64,000 nt of DNA from Rickettsiales bacterium (GTDB lineage Bacteria; Pseudomonadota; Alphaproteobacteria; Rickettsiales; UBA3002), in NCBI GenBank assembly GCA_046154225.1, contig JBJXEM010000041.1, positions 3,411 through 67,410 on the forward strand, given 5' to 3'. The notes beneath the pieces are model-generated. The model was given only the letters and a program-made list of their open reading frames with translations, did no database searches and was not told where the DNA came from. Within the stretch, counting starts at the first letter, position 1, and every line of letters starts with the position of its first letter. Shown here piece after piece: positions 7,285 through 16,322 of the stretch. The position numbers were made by a program, and so were the translations under genes.

Positions 7285-8582
7285 GCGAGTACCACGATGT
7301 CGAGGGGTTCAGTCACACCCGCAACCGTACGGGCGAGCCGGATTTCTTTCGGCGCAGGTGGTGCATAGCCTTGTGACAGCGCTTCAGTGAGTGTTGCACC
7401 ATTGGTGAGGGCGCGGGCGTTTTCGGGCTTGTTGTGTTTCTCGAGTTTGGCCGCGAGGTTTACGGTTTCGCCGATCACGGTATATTCCAGCCGGTCGTGA
7501 TCGCCAATCACGCCGAACACCACTTCGCCCACCGCCACGCCTGCGCCGATGGCGACTGGCACCAGCCCCTGTGCGCGGCGCATTTCGCTCCAGCTATCGG
7601 CGGCGAGCATGATGGCATCGACCGTGCGCAGCACGTTGGCGGCGCACTGATTGCAGGCGGAAACGGCCCCGAAACTGGCCAAAATGCCGTCGCCCATGAA
7701 TTTGTCGATACTTCCGCCAAACTGGCGGATGATGGGCACGACGAGCTGCTGATATTCGGCCAATAGCGCAATTAATTCGCTCGGGCTCAGATGAGCGGAA
7801 GCTTTGGTGAACCCACGCATGTCGGTGAACAAAATGGCAGCGTGGCGGATTTCGCCGCTGCCCACCATCAGCCCGTCTTCCGACTCGGTGATTTTCATGG
7901 CCACGTCGGTATCGAAGAACTTCGACAGTTCCTTCGTGGCCTGCGTTTGACTGACGGCGGTGAACAACGTGTCGCGCGCGCGGCTGAGTGTATAGGCGGT
8001 GATGCCGGTGACGAGCCCGATGGCCAGAATTTTGTCGAATTCGCCGCCCGGGTGCAGGCTGCGCGTGGAGGCATACGTTACGTAATCCCAGGTAATCACC
8101 CCCTGCCCCGTCACATGCAGCACATAAGCGACGAGCAGCGTCCAACCAAGCATGGCCGTAACGCCCGACACCACCACCCAGCGCGGCTCGAAGCGTAAGC
8201 CGCGCAGCGCAATCAGCACGAACACATAGGCGATATGCGTGTTTTTCAGGTCGATATTCGGCAACGCTTCAAACTGCAAATGGTAGGTGCCGATGATGAA
8301 AATCAGCAGCGCCATTTCGGTGACGACCGAGAAAAATAGGAACATTGCATTGAGCTGCTTGCTGTAGGCAAACCACAGTCGCACCAGCACCAGAATAACG
8401 AACAATCCAAGCCCCAGCGGCACCGAACGCACCGCCGCATCCGGCGGGTGGCCCACAGGCGCGATGAAATAAATCAGCCCGAGCAGCGCCGCCACGCCCA
8501 GCTGCAAAAACGCCACCAGCAATTCGCTTTTGTGCTGCAGTTCGGCGAGATCGGCATGAATGCGGCGTTGGGGGGCTTTCAT
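7281..8582 (-). CDS. Membrane-anchored class III adenylate/guanylate cyclase (about 6 TM N-terminal domain)
   Basis: The catalytic domain reads AILFTDMRGFTKASA...IDKFMGDGILASFG...GVAVGEVVFGVIG...EYTVIGETVNLAAKLE. I chose the ATG at 8582 (MKAPQRR), which forms an ATGA overlap with the upstream stop. The longer ORF reaching 8642 is rejected. Confidence 0.85.
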   Translation of the reverse strand: MKAPQRRIHADLAELQHKSELLVAFLQLGVAALLGLIYFIAPVGHPPDAAVRSVPLGLGLFVILVLVRLWFAYSKQLNAMFLFFSVVTEMALLIFIIGTYHLQFEALPNIDLKNTHIAYVFVLIALRGLRFEPRWVVVSGVTAMLGWTLLVAYVLHVTGQGVITWDYVTYASTRSLHPGGEFDKILAIGLVTGITAYTLSRARDTLFTAVSQTQATKELSKFFDTDVAMKITESEDGLMVGSGEIRHAAILFTDMRGFTKASAHLSPSELIALLAEYQQLVVPIIRQFGGSIDKFMGDGILASFGAVSACNQCAANVLRTVDAIMLAADSWSEMRRAQGLVPVAIGAGVAVGEVVFGVIGDHDRLEYTVIGETVNLAAKLEKHNKPENARALTNGATLTEALSQGYAPPAPKEIRLARTVAGVTEPLDIVVLA

Positions 8583-8857
8583 AGTGTTTCCGCCCGGCCG
8601 CCGTGAATGCGTTCGCACAGGCCGCTTGGCAGCATTACCCATTCATCGGGATCGCGGTCGGCGCTGGATTGCATAGCGCAGGAATGTTTAGGCGTGGCGC
8701 AATCATTATGGCCCTGGCGCGCCACACCGAAGCAGCGTTCGCGCTCGATTTTTTCGGCCGCGTGCATTTGCAGCCAGTTGGTTTGCGTGTGCACTACCGC
8801 CAGCGCTGCACCCAGTGCCGCAAGCACCACCACGCCGTTTTGTGCGGTGCGACTCAC
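8579..8857 (-). CDS. DUF2282-family secreted 4-Cys peptide (BufA1-like bufferin precursor candidate)
   Basis: Signal peptide (VVVLAALGAALAVV...MHA/AEK), then CFGVARQGHNDCATPKHSCAMQSS...EWVMLPSGLCERI. This matches the DUF2282 pattern C-[FY]-G-V-A-x-x-G-x-N-D-C-A ... SCAG ... W ... P-x-G-x-C. The GTG start is 1 nt after the adc stop, with a GAAGG SD. Confidence 0.75.
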   Translation of the reverse strand: MSRTAQNGVVVLAALGAALAVVHTQTNWLQMHAAEKIERERCFGVARQGHNDCATPKHSCAMQSSADRDPDEWVMLPSGLCERIHGGRAETL

Positions 8858-8858
8858 G

Positions 8859-9626
8859 TTATTTCGCCTTCAAGTAATCATGTACTACGCGGCCATAGGG
8901 TAGTGTAGCGTCCGCCACCACGTGCAAGCCGCCGATGACGCGACGCACCGGCAAATCGGCCACCGGCGCGTTCACATGCGCGTTCAGCTGTAGGCGCGCA
9001 GGCCCGGCCCATGCGCCTTTTACGGTGATATCGGACATGTTGTAGGCCACGAGTTGCGCAATGGCGGCATTACCGTCCACATGCGGGATCCATTTCAGGT
9101 TCACGCGGGTAGCACCTAGGCGTGCCGTCAACTCAGCCAGTTCCGCTGCACCGTTTTTGCCGTCTAGCAAGTTCTGGTGCTTGTAGGTCATGGTCGCGAC
9201 GGCAACCAGTTCGCCGGCATATTCCAAACGGCCCGTGAGTGTGTCGTGGGTGATTTTTAGCGAAGCTTTGCCTAATTTTTGCGGGAAGCCCCAAATCTCG
9301 CGCCCGCCGGAAATGGGGGGTTCGCAGTCGAGATACATCTGGCTCACATGGTTCATGGCCACCCCGTCGAGCGTAGCCGGAATCACGATGCCCGTTTGGG
9401 TGTACACGCCAAACCCTGAACTATCGGCCATGCGCGCGAATTCGTAAAACACCTGGTTGCTACCGTCGGGCTGAAGCGGCTGCGGCAGTAATCGGCGAAT
9501 CGCTTCGGCGTCAGATTCATAGGTGATGATGAGGTATTCGCGGTTGAAGTAATGATACGGCCCGCGCGGATAAGTCGGGCTCGCCACCGGCATCGACGGG
9601 GAATTGAGAATATCAGCGATTTTCAT
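8859..9626 (-). CDS. adc: Acetoacetate decarboxylase (paralogue 2)
   Basis: Full-length similarity to clostridial Adc: SPTYPRGPY.FNREY, MYLDCEPPISGGREIWGFPQKLG (catalytic Lys region), VKGAWAGPARLQL and LPYGRVVHDYL. Confidence 0.85.
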   Translation of the reverse strand: MKIADILNSPSMPVASPTYPRGPYHYFNREYLIITYESDAEAIRRLLPQPLQPDGSNQVFYEFARMADSSGFGVYTQTGIVIPATLDGVAMNHVSQMYLDCEPPISGGREIWGFPQKLGKASLKITHDTLTGRLEYAGELVAVATMTYKHQNLLDGKNGAAELAELTARLGATRVNLKWIPHVDGNAAIAQLVAYNMSDITVKGAWAGPARLQLNAHVNAPVADLPVRRVIGGLHVVADATLPYGRVVHDYLKAK

Positions 9627-9629
9627 GCG

Positions 9630-10400
9630 TTATTTCTCCGCCAGATAATCATGCAGCACTCGGCCATAGGGCAAGGTTAAATCGGCCACGAAATGGGTGC
9701 CACCAATCACCCGACGCACAGGCAAATCGGCTACGGGTGCGTTCACATGCGGCATTAAATCGAGCCGCGCGGGGCCCGCCCACGCGCCCTTTACCGTGAT
9801 TTCCGACAGGTTATAGCCCACCAATTGCGCAATCGCGAGGCTACCGTCCACATCGGGAATCAGTTTCAAATTCACCTGCGTTTTGCTCATTTTCTTCACG
9901 ATGGCGGCGGGGTCGTTCATGCCCGTCTCGGGGTTGCGGATGAGGTTTTCGTGTTTGTACACCATGGTGCCCACCGCCACCTCTTCGCCCGCATATTCGA
10001 TGCGGCCGGTGAGCGTGTCGTGCACGACACTCAGCACCGGATGCGCGAATTTTTTGGGGAAGCCCCACACTTCGCGTCCACACGAAATGGGCGGTTCGCA
10101 ATCGAGATACATTTGCGCGGTGAAGTTGACATGTTCGCCCTGAAACAGCGCCGGAATCACGATGCCCGATTCGGTGTAATCGCCAAAGCCCGAACTGTCC
10201 GGCATGCGGATGAATTCATAAAGCACGGTGTTGCTGCCGTCGGGCTCCAGCGGCTCGGGCAGCGCGTGGCGAATCGCTTGCGCGTCGGACTCGTAAGTGA
10301 CGATAAAGTACTCGCGGTTGATAAACCGATACGGCCCGCGCGGGTAGCTGGGGCTGGCCAACGGCATTGAAGCGAGGCCAAGAATTTCGTCAATTTCCAT
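9630..10400 (-). CDS. adc: Acetoacetate decarboxylase (paralogue 1)
   Basis: It has the same motifs as the neighbouring copy (SPSYPRGPY, MYLDCEPPISCGREVWGFPKKF). The two copies are roughly two-thirds identical by eye. The gap to the downstream copy is 3 nt. Confidence 0.85.
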   Translation of the reverse strand: MEIDEILGLASMPLASPSYPRGPYRFINREYFIVTYESDAQAIRHALPEPLEPDGSNTVLYEFIRMPDSSGFGDYTESGIVIPALFQGEHVNFTAQMYLDCEPPISCGREVWGFPKKFAHPVLSVVHDTLTGRIEYAGEEVAVGTMVYKHENLIRNPETGMNDPAAIVKKMSKTQVNLKLIPDVDGSLAIAQLVGYNLSEITVKGAWAGPARLDLMPHVNAPVADLPVRRVIGGTHFVADLTLPYGRVLHDYLAEK

Positions 10401-10412
10401 GTCAACTGGCTC

Positions 10413-11480
10413 CTATAAAAATTCTTTGCGTATATCAACGGACGATTCTTTGCCGATCTTGACATAGTTTTCATCCAGCCATTGTTTGGCAATCGCTCGC
10501 CCTTTATCGCGCAGATGGCAGAGAAATTCCCAATCGGTATTCATTTTGCTCGACGCATCATATTCCGACATCGCCGCATCCGAACGCACGGAATGAATAT
10601 GCATTTGCTTCATATCACTCGCTTTTACTTTTTTGTCCTCAATTAGTTTGCCAACAAACGCAACGGCACGCATTTCGCGCATGAGGGATGAATTGAAACT
10701 CACCTCGTTCAAACGATTCAGGATCTCGGAAGCGGTAGTGGGAACACCTTTGCGCACAATCGGATTGATATGCACAATGACCACGTCTTGCGAGTCGCAA
10801 TGATATATCAGCGGGAAAATGGCGGGGTTGCCGATATAGCCACCATCCCAATAATATTCGCCTTCAATTTCTACCGATTGAAACATGAATGGCAAACACG
10901 CAGAGGCCAGAATCGCATCGACATTAATTTCCTTGGTTTCAAAAATACGCACTTTGCAGGTTTCCACATTGGTCGCGCAAATATTGAGTTTGATGGGAGA
11001 GCGTTTACGAATAGCTTCAAAATCAATCGTCTTCTCCAAAATATCTTTCAGTGGATTGAGGTTGAATGGATTGAGTTGATAGGGCGAAAAAACCCGTGTC
11101 ATGAAGTCGGCGATGTGGTCAAGCGGTGATGGCTCTGGTTTGAAATTCGCCTTTTTGCCAAACCACGAAAAACTTGGGAGCGATTTTAGCGGATTCGATT
11201 TTTTTGAAACATCGCTGACAGTCTGCCAGAAATGCGTGAGCGCCGCACGCGCCTCTGCCTTATCGTTATTTAAAAGCCCCTGGGCAAGCACCACGGCGTT
11301 CATTGCGCCGGCGCTGGTGGCGCTGATGCCTTCAAACTCTAGCCGTCCATCTTCCAATAAATAATCCAGTACACCCCAGGCGAATGCCCCGTGCGAGCCG
11401 CCGCCCTGAAGGGCGAGGTTAATGGTTTTTGCTTTTGCGTTAGCCGATGAAGGCGCACGTGCTTTGGTGTTGGTTTTCAT
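10413..11480 (-). CDS. patD: Patatin-like phospholipase/esterase (PatD-type, linked to bdhA)
   Basis: Oxyanion GGGSHG and serine-lipase box ATSAG (INLALQGGGSHGAFAWGVLD...GISATSAGAMN). I chose the ATG at 11480 (MKTNTKAR), 11 nt downstream of the bdhA stop. The longer ORF reaching 11726 overlaps bdhA. Confidence 0.75.
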   Translation of the reverse strand: MKTNTKARAPSSANAKAKTINLALQGGGSHGAFAWGVLDYLLEDGRLEFEGISATSAGAMNAVVLAQGLLNNDKAEARAALTHFWQTVSDVSKKSNPLKSLPSFSWFGKKANFKPEPSPLDHIADFMTRVFSPYQLNPFNLNPLKDILEKTIDFEAIRKRSPIKLNICATNVETCKVRIFETKEINVDAILASACLPFMFQSVEIEGEYYWDGGYIGNPAIFPLIYHCDSQDVVIVHINPIVRKGVPTTASEILNRLNEVSFNSSLMREMRAVAFVGKLIEDKKVKASDMKQMHIHSVRSDAAMSEYDASSKMNTDWEFLCHLRDKGRAIAKQWLDENYVKIGKESSVDIRKEFL

Positions 11481-11491
11481 GATTCTGATCC

Positions 11492-12274
11492 TTACCGTGC
11501 TGTCCATCCGCCATCGACCGGCAAGGCAATGCCGGTAATGGAGCTGCCAGCATCGCTGCATAAGAATGCCACGGTCGCGCCCATTTGTTCCGGCGTTGCG
11601 AACCGCAGCGATGGTTGCTTTTCCGAAAGCATTTCTTTCGCAGCTACGTCGGCCGCAATGCCCTCTTTCGCCGCACGATCGTCGATTTGTTTTTGCACGA
11701 GCGGGGTAAGCACCCAGCCTGGGCAAATGGCATTGCAGGTAATTTGCTGCGTTGCGTTTTCGAGAGCCACCACTTTAGTCATACCCACAATGCCGTGCTT
11801 GGCGGCGACATAGGCGATTTTCTCTGGCGAACCAACCAATCCATGTGCCGAAGCGATGTTGATGATACGCCCAAAATTACGTTTCTGCATGCCCGGCAAA
11901 ATGGCTTTAATCGCATGAAATGCGCTCGACATATTGATCGCAATGATCGCATCCCACTTATCTTCAGGAAACGCTTCTGTGCGCGACGTGAACTGAATGC
12001 CCGCGTTATTCACGAGAATGTCTGCGGAGCCAAAGCTGGTTTCGCAGAGCTTCACCATCTCACGGATTTGCTCAGGTTTGCTCATGTCGGCGGGCGAATA
12101 GACGCATTTTACACCATGTTTTTTCTCAAGACCCGTACGCTCGGTTTCAATCGCCCCCGCATCACCAAAACCGTTGATGACGATATTAGCGCCGTGACTG
12201 GCGAGTACATGGGCAATGCCCAGGCCAATGCCGCTAGTGGAACCGGTGACGATGGCAGATTTTCCTTTTAACAT
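11492..12274 (-). CDS. bdhA: D-3-hydroxybutyrate dehydrogenase (SDR family)
   Basis: MLKGKSAIVTGSTSGIGLGIA (TGxxxGIG), NNAGI and the YVAAKHG catalytic triad region in a 260-aa product typical of BdhA. The SD AAGGAGAA lies upstream. Confidence 0.85.
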   Translation of the reverse strand: MLKGKSAIVTGSTSGIGLGIAHVLASHGANIVINGFGDAGAIETERTGLEKKHGVKCVYSPADMSKPEQIREMVKLCETSFGSADILVNNAGIQFTSRTEAFPEDKWDAIIAINMSSAFHAIKAILPGMQKRNFGRIINIASAHGLVGSPEKIAYVAAKHGIVGMTKVVALENATQQITCNAICPGWVLTPLVQKQIDDRAAKEGIAADVAAKEMLSEKQPSLRFATPEQMGATVAFLCSDAGSSITGIALPVDGGWTAR

Positions 12275-12341
12275 GGTATTCTCCTTGGTGATTGTAATCA
12301 GCTATTCGTAAACAGCTGGACAAAGGTTACAAAAATGTAAG

Positions 12342-14549
12342 CTACAGTGAATTTGCATTTGTTGAATCAGTAATCAACCGAATCGAGCGTTTGAAGGTCA
12401 GGTAGGCCCAGAACCACTCAACCATCACCGCCACACGGCTTTGTAAATTGGCCAAAAACAGCACATGCACCGCGCCCCAGAACCACCACGCCAGCGCGCC
12501 TTGCAATTTCACCTTGCCAAAATCGGCCACGGCGGCTTTTCGGCCGATGGTGGCGAGGCTGCCGTAATGGCGGTAGTGGAAAGCTTTTTGTGGAACACTG
12601 CCTTCAATCCTGGCGCGGATATGTTTGGCGACGAACTGGCCGCTTTGCTTTGCGGCGGGGGCGAGGCCCGGCATCGGCTTACCCTTCCACACTTCAGCCA
12701 ACACCGTGTCGCCAATGGCGTAAACACCCGGGCAATTTGGAACGCTGAGATCAGCGTTTACTTTTAAGCGCCCGGCGCGGTCGGCCTCGCCACCCAGCCA
12801 TTGCGCGGCGGGTGACGCTTGCACGCCTGCGGCCCAAATCACGTTGAGTGAGGCAATGCGCTCGCCATTCACCACCACGCCGTCGGCGTCGATCGTTTCC
12901 ACCCGTCCACCAGTTTTTACGGTGACGCCCAATTTCTCGAGCGCTTTTTGGGTGTAGGTCGAAATGCTTTCCGGCATCACCGCCAGCACGCGCGGCCCGG
13001 CTTCCACGAGGTAGATTTTTGCATTTGCGGGGTCGATGCGGCGGAATTCGTCTTCCATGCCCTGGTGTGCAAGTTCGGCCAATGCGCCAGCTAACTCCAC
13101 GCCCGTGGGGCCACCGCCGACAATCACGAAGCTTAGTAATTTTTCACGCAAGGCGGCATCGTCGGTGTTTTCAGCGGCTTCAAACGCGCGCAGTAGCTTG
13201 CCGCGCACGGCGATGGCGTCTTCCACCCGTTTCATGCCCGGCGCGAATTCCGACCACGCGTCCTTACCGAAATAGCTATGGCGCGCACCGGTTGCGAGCA
13301 CCAGATAGTCGTAAGCAAGCGATTTACCGTTAGCCAATTTCACGTGACGGGCGGCTTTGTCGATGCCTGTCACTTCGTTCATCATCACCCGGATATTCTC
13401 CTGATCGCGAAATAGGCCGCGAATGGGCGTTGCAATGTCCGACGGCGACAATCCTGCGGTCGCCACCTGATACAGCAGCGGCTGGAATAAATGGTAGTTA
13501 TGCTTGTCGACCAGCGTGATGCGGCAGGCCGTGGTACGCAGCATGCGCGCGGTGGCGACGCCGCCGAAACCGGCGCCCACAATCACCACATGCGGCAAGC
13601 CGTCGTAATTTTTGGTCGCCATGCCATCGAGCTGCGGGAAGATTTTCCCAAGTGTCAGGCGCACGATATGGTCGAGCGACAGAGCACCGGGCCCGCGGAA
13701 AAACAGAATAGTAAGCAGCATGAACCAATAAACGAATTCGGTTTCTTGTACTGAACTGGCATCAATGTCCTGAGTGAGCACCGCTAGAAGCACTAGCGAT
13801 GCAGCAGCCACCAACCGCGTACCAAACCCAAGGGCCAGTAACAATGCACCCGCGCCACAAAGCAACTCGGCTAAACCGTTTTCCTGCATGGTGCGCAATA
13901 CCGAATAATGCGGTTGGTATTCGAGGAATTGCAGCGGCTCGGCAAAGCTCATCGATTCCATGGCAGCGTGGCCGGCCACATACAGCACCGCCGCAATCCA
14001 CAGCCGCATACCCAGCAGATAGATTGGGCCGATAACCCGCGTGAGCCAGGCAAAAAAGTATGAAAATGTTTTACTGAGCGGCAGCGCCGTGTCCTTCAGC
14101 CCGCGCAACAGATGGTCGAGCGAATTGCGCCCTGCCCCCATCACCACCCAATAGCCGAGAATAATAATCCAGAACGCCTGCGCGTTCACGGGGTGATACG
14201 CAATTTGCGCGATGGCCGTGAGTATTAGTAAGGGTAGCGCTGCAAAGCGTGTCATGAGGCCCAGCACCAGCAGCACGGGGCAAATGATTTCGATCGCGAC
14301 GCCGAGATACGCCGCGCTCACCGGGTCGATCCAGCTGAGGGGATATTCGTTGGCGGCGAGGTATAGCGCCGTGTCCCAATTGCCGAGTTTCAGTGCGCCG
14401 GAAATGAAGAATGCCTGCGCGATGCTGATGCGGCGGATGAGGTCCATGACCGGCGCCAAAACCCGTTCGCTGAACCGGAGCACTTGCCCAATCCCGCGCA
14501 TGATATCGGCGAATATGTGACGATAGCGATGCGTGATAGCTTGGCTCAT
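12342..14549 (-). CDS. Fusion protein: two DoxX-family membrane domains + type II NADH:quinone oxidoreductase (NDH-2)
   Basis: The N-terminal ~330 aa contain two DoxX-like 4-TM modules ([15 protein letters not shown]...[11 protein letters not shown] and a second [13 protein letters not shown] module). They are followed by [15 protein letters not shown]...LVLATGA...[15 protein letters not shown]...VYAIGD and an NDH-2 C-terminal membrane-anchor segment. I chose the start at 14549 (MSQAITH), which gives an ATGA overlap with the upstream stop. Confidence 0.8.
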   Translation of the reverse strand: MSQAITHRYRHIFADIMRGIGQVLRFSERVLAPVMDLIRRISIAQAFFISGALKLGNWDTALYLAANEYPLSWIDPVSAAYLGVAIEIICPVLLVLGLMTRFAALPLLILTAIAQIAYHPVNAQAFWIIILGYWVVMGAGRNSLDHLLRGLKDTALPLSKTFSYFFAWLTRVIGPIYLLGMRLWIAAVLYVAGHAAMESMSFAEPLQFLEYQPHYSVLRTMQENGLAELLCGAGALLLALGFGTRLVAAASLVLLAVLTQDIDASSVQETEFVYWFMLLTILFFRGPGALSLDHIVRLTLGKIFPQLDGMATKNYDGLPHVVIVGAGFGGVATARMLRTTACRITLVDKHNYHLFQPLLYQVATAGLSPSDIATPIRGLFRDQENIRVMMNEVTGIDKAARHVKLANGKSLAYDYLVLATGARHSYFGKDAWSEFAPGMKRVEDAIAVRGKLLRAFEAAENTDDAALREKLLSFVIVGGGPTGVELAGALAELAHQGMEDEFRRIDPANAKIYLVEAGPRVLAVMPESISTYTQKALEKLGVTVKTGGRVETIDADGVVVNGERIASLNVIWAAGVQASPAAQWLGGEADRAGRLKVNADLSVPNCPGVYAIGDTVLAEVWKGKPMPGLAPAAKQSGQFVAKHIRARIEGSVPQKAFHYRHYGSLATIGRKAAVADFGKVKLQGALAWWFWGAVHVLFLANLQSRVAVMVEWFWAYLTFKRSIRLITDSTNANSL

Positions 14550-16246
14550 GCGGCGGACCTTTTGTTGGCGGCGTTGTCGGGGTGGTGGGCGAGAATGCCG
14601 TTGCGCATCCAGCGCGGGAACCAGTGATTGAGCAGCCCGCCGATGGCTTCGTCGGCAATGGCGTGTTCGGCCTGCACGGCTTCCAGCGCATCGCCGATGC
14701 TGAGGCCCGCGAATAATTGGCGGAGCATGCTGTATTCGTCGGCCTCTAAATCCATGCGCCACACCGCATCCTCGTGGCGGAACACTGCGAGGTAATTTTT
14801 CTCGGGCGCAGGCGCAGCGGGCGATTGCTCGTCTTTCACCGCGCGGTAATAGGCGTTTACAGGATAATCGAAGACTAAAAGTTCAAGGGCTGCGCGTGGG
14901 TGAAGCTTCGATTCCATCAACGTTTCTGCGTCCATGCCCTCAAGATGCTGGGGTTCAAGCGGAGCAGTTTCAGCTTCGTCCATCAGACGGGTGATACAAG
15001 CTTCGAGTGTCGCGAGTTCCAGCGCGAACGGATCGCTGGTTTCGTGAGTTGCCAGAAACTGCGGCAATTGCAGTGGGTAGCGGCTGATGTTGAAATGCGT
15101 CGACTGCGCCTGATTCACAAAATCGGTAATGAGCGTGTCGAAGCGCGCTTCGCCCAGATAATGTTTCAACACCAGATAATCTTCCGCCGTCACGCCGAAC
15201 AGCCGCCCACGATAGGCGTTGGTGTATACCGCCAGCTGCGCCTCAGCCGGGAAATCGTTTTTCGTGCGAATCCACTCGTCGGGCTTACTGTCGAGCCGTG
15301 CGCCTTCGAGAATAGCCGTTTGCATACGCGTTTGTGTGTCGGCCAGTGGCGTGGCGTGGTTCGCGACATACGGCGCGTGGGCGACGGCGAGTTGAGGCAG
15401 CGGTGCGTAATTGGCGGCATCGCGCGCGGCTTCTTTTGCTTTGGTGAGTTCGGCGTCGAGCACCGAGAATTCGGGAATATTGTCGTCCCACTCGACCATG
15501 GTGTTGGGTGTGCGGCCTGCTTTATGCACCACGTATTTGTATAACGCCCAGACTTCGTCGACCACATGGTCGTCATGCGTGTCGATGATGTGGGTGCCCC
15601 GGTTGGTGTGGCCGGAAAGGTGGATTTGCACCACTTTATCAAGCGGCAGCGTGTCGATGTATGTTTGCGCGTCGAGCCGGTGGTTGAAGCTGCTGACATA
15701 CACATTGTTCACGTCGAGCAACAAATGGCAGCCCGATTCCTCGACCATGCGGGCGATAAATTCCGCCTCGCCCATGTCGGACGCTTTGAATTCGAGATAC
15801 GTCGAGGGGTTTTCGAGTGCGATGGGCCGCTCCAGAAAATCCTGCACCTGTTTGATACGGCTGATGGTGTGCTTCAGCGATTCCTCGGTGTAGGGCATCG
15901 GCAGCAGGTCGTGCGAGTTTTTGTGGGCGATGCCGGTCCAGCATAAATGGTCCGACACCCAGGCGGGTTTCAGCCAGTCCATCAACGCTTTCAGCTTTTG
16001 CATGTACTCAGAATTCACGGGGTCAACCGTGCCGATCGACATGGCAACGCCGTGCATGACGATGGGATAACGCTCGCGAATGCGGGCCAATTTGCGCTTG
16101 GGTCGCCCGTCGGTATCCATGAAGTTTTCGGAGATGATTTCGAACCAATCGACGGCGGGCCAGTGATCGAAAATATGTTTGTAATGGCTCACGCGCAGGC
16201 CAAGACCAAAGCCTAATTGCGGAAAAAAATCCTGCTGCGTGGTCAT
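14546..16246 (-). CDS. Fusion of a DUF692/MNIO (MbnB/BufB-like) enzyme with a DUF2063 (MbnC/BufC-like) partner domain
   Basis: The N-terminus [12 protein letters not shown]...[10 protein letters not shown]...HGVAMSIG...SDHLCWTG...ENPSTYL...[10 protein letters not shown]...IHLSGH is the TIM-barrel DUF692 signature. The C-terminus [12 protein letters not shown]...[13 protein letters not shown]...[13 protein letters not shown] is DUF2063-like. I chose the start at 16246 (MTTQQDFF). Confidence 0.85.
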   Translation of the reverse strand: MTTQQDFFPQLGFGLGLRVSHYKHIFDHWPAVDWFEIISENFMDTDGRPKRKLARIRERYPIVMHGVAMSIGTVDPVNSEYMQKLKALMDWLKPAWVSDHLCWTGIAHKNSHDLLPMPYTEESLKHTISRIKQVQDFLERPIALENPSTYLEFKASDMGEAEFIARMVEESGCHLLLDVNNVYVSSFNHRLDAQTYIDTLPLDKVVQIHLSGHTNRGTHIIDTHDDHVVDEVWALYKYVVHKAGRTPNTMVEWDDNIPEFSVLDAELTKAKEAARDAANYAPLPQLAVAHAPYVANHATPLADTQTRMQTAILEGARLDSKPDEWIRTKNDFPAEAQLAVYTNAYRGRLFGVTAEDYLVLKHYLGEARFDTLITDFVNQAQSTHFNISRYPLQLPQFLATHETSDPFALELATLEACITRLMDEAETAPLEPQHLEGMDAETLMESKLHPRAALELLVFDYPVNAYYRAVKDEQSPAAPAPEKNYLAVFRHEDAVWRMDLEADEYSMLRQLFAGLSIGDALEAVQAEHAIADEAIGGLLNHWFPRWMRNGILAHHPDNAANKRSAA

Positions 16247-16271
16247 GATGTCTCGCCTTGGCTTCTCGCGT

Positions 16272-16303
16272 AAAAAAGGCGGGGGTGCGAACACCCCCGC
16301 CCC
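16272..16303 (-). terminator. Strong GC hairpin + U-tract between precursor gene and modification genes (attenuating terminator candidate)
   Basis: On the minus strand the sequence reads GGCGGGGGTG-ttcg-CACCCCCGCC followed by TTTTTT. It lies in the 76-nt gap between 16323 and 16246. Confidence 0.7.
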
Positions 16304-16322
16304 ATTTTAAGTCGAAGACAGA

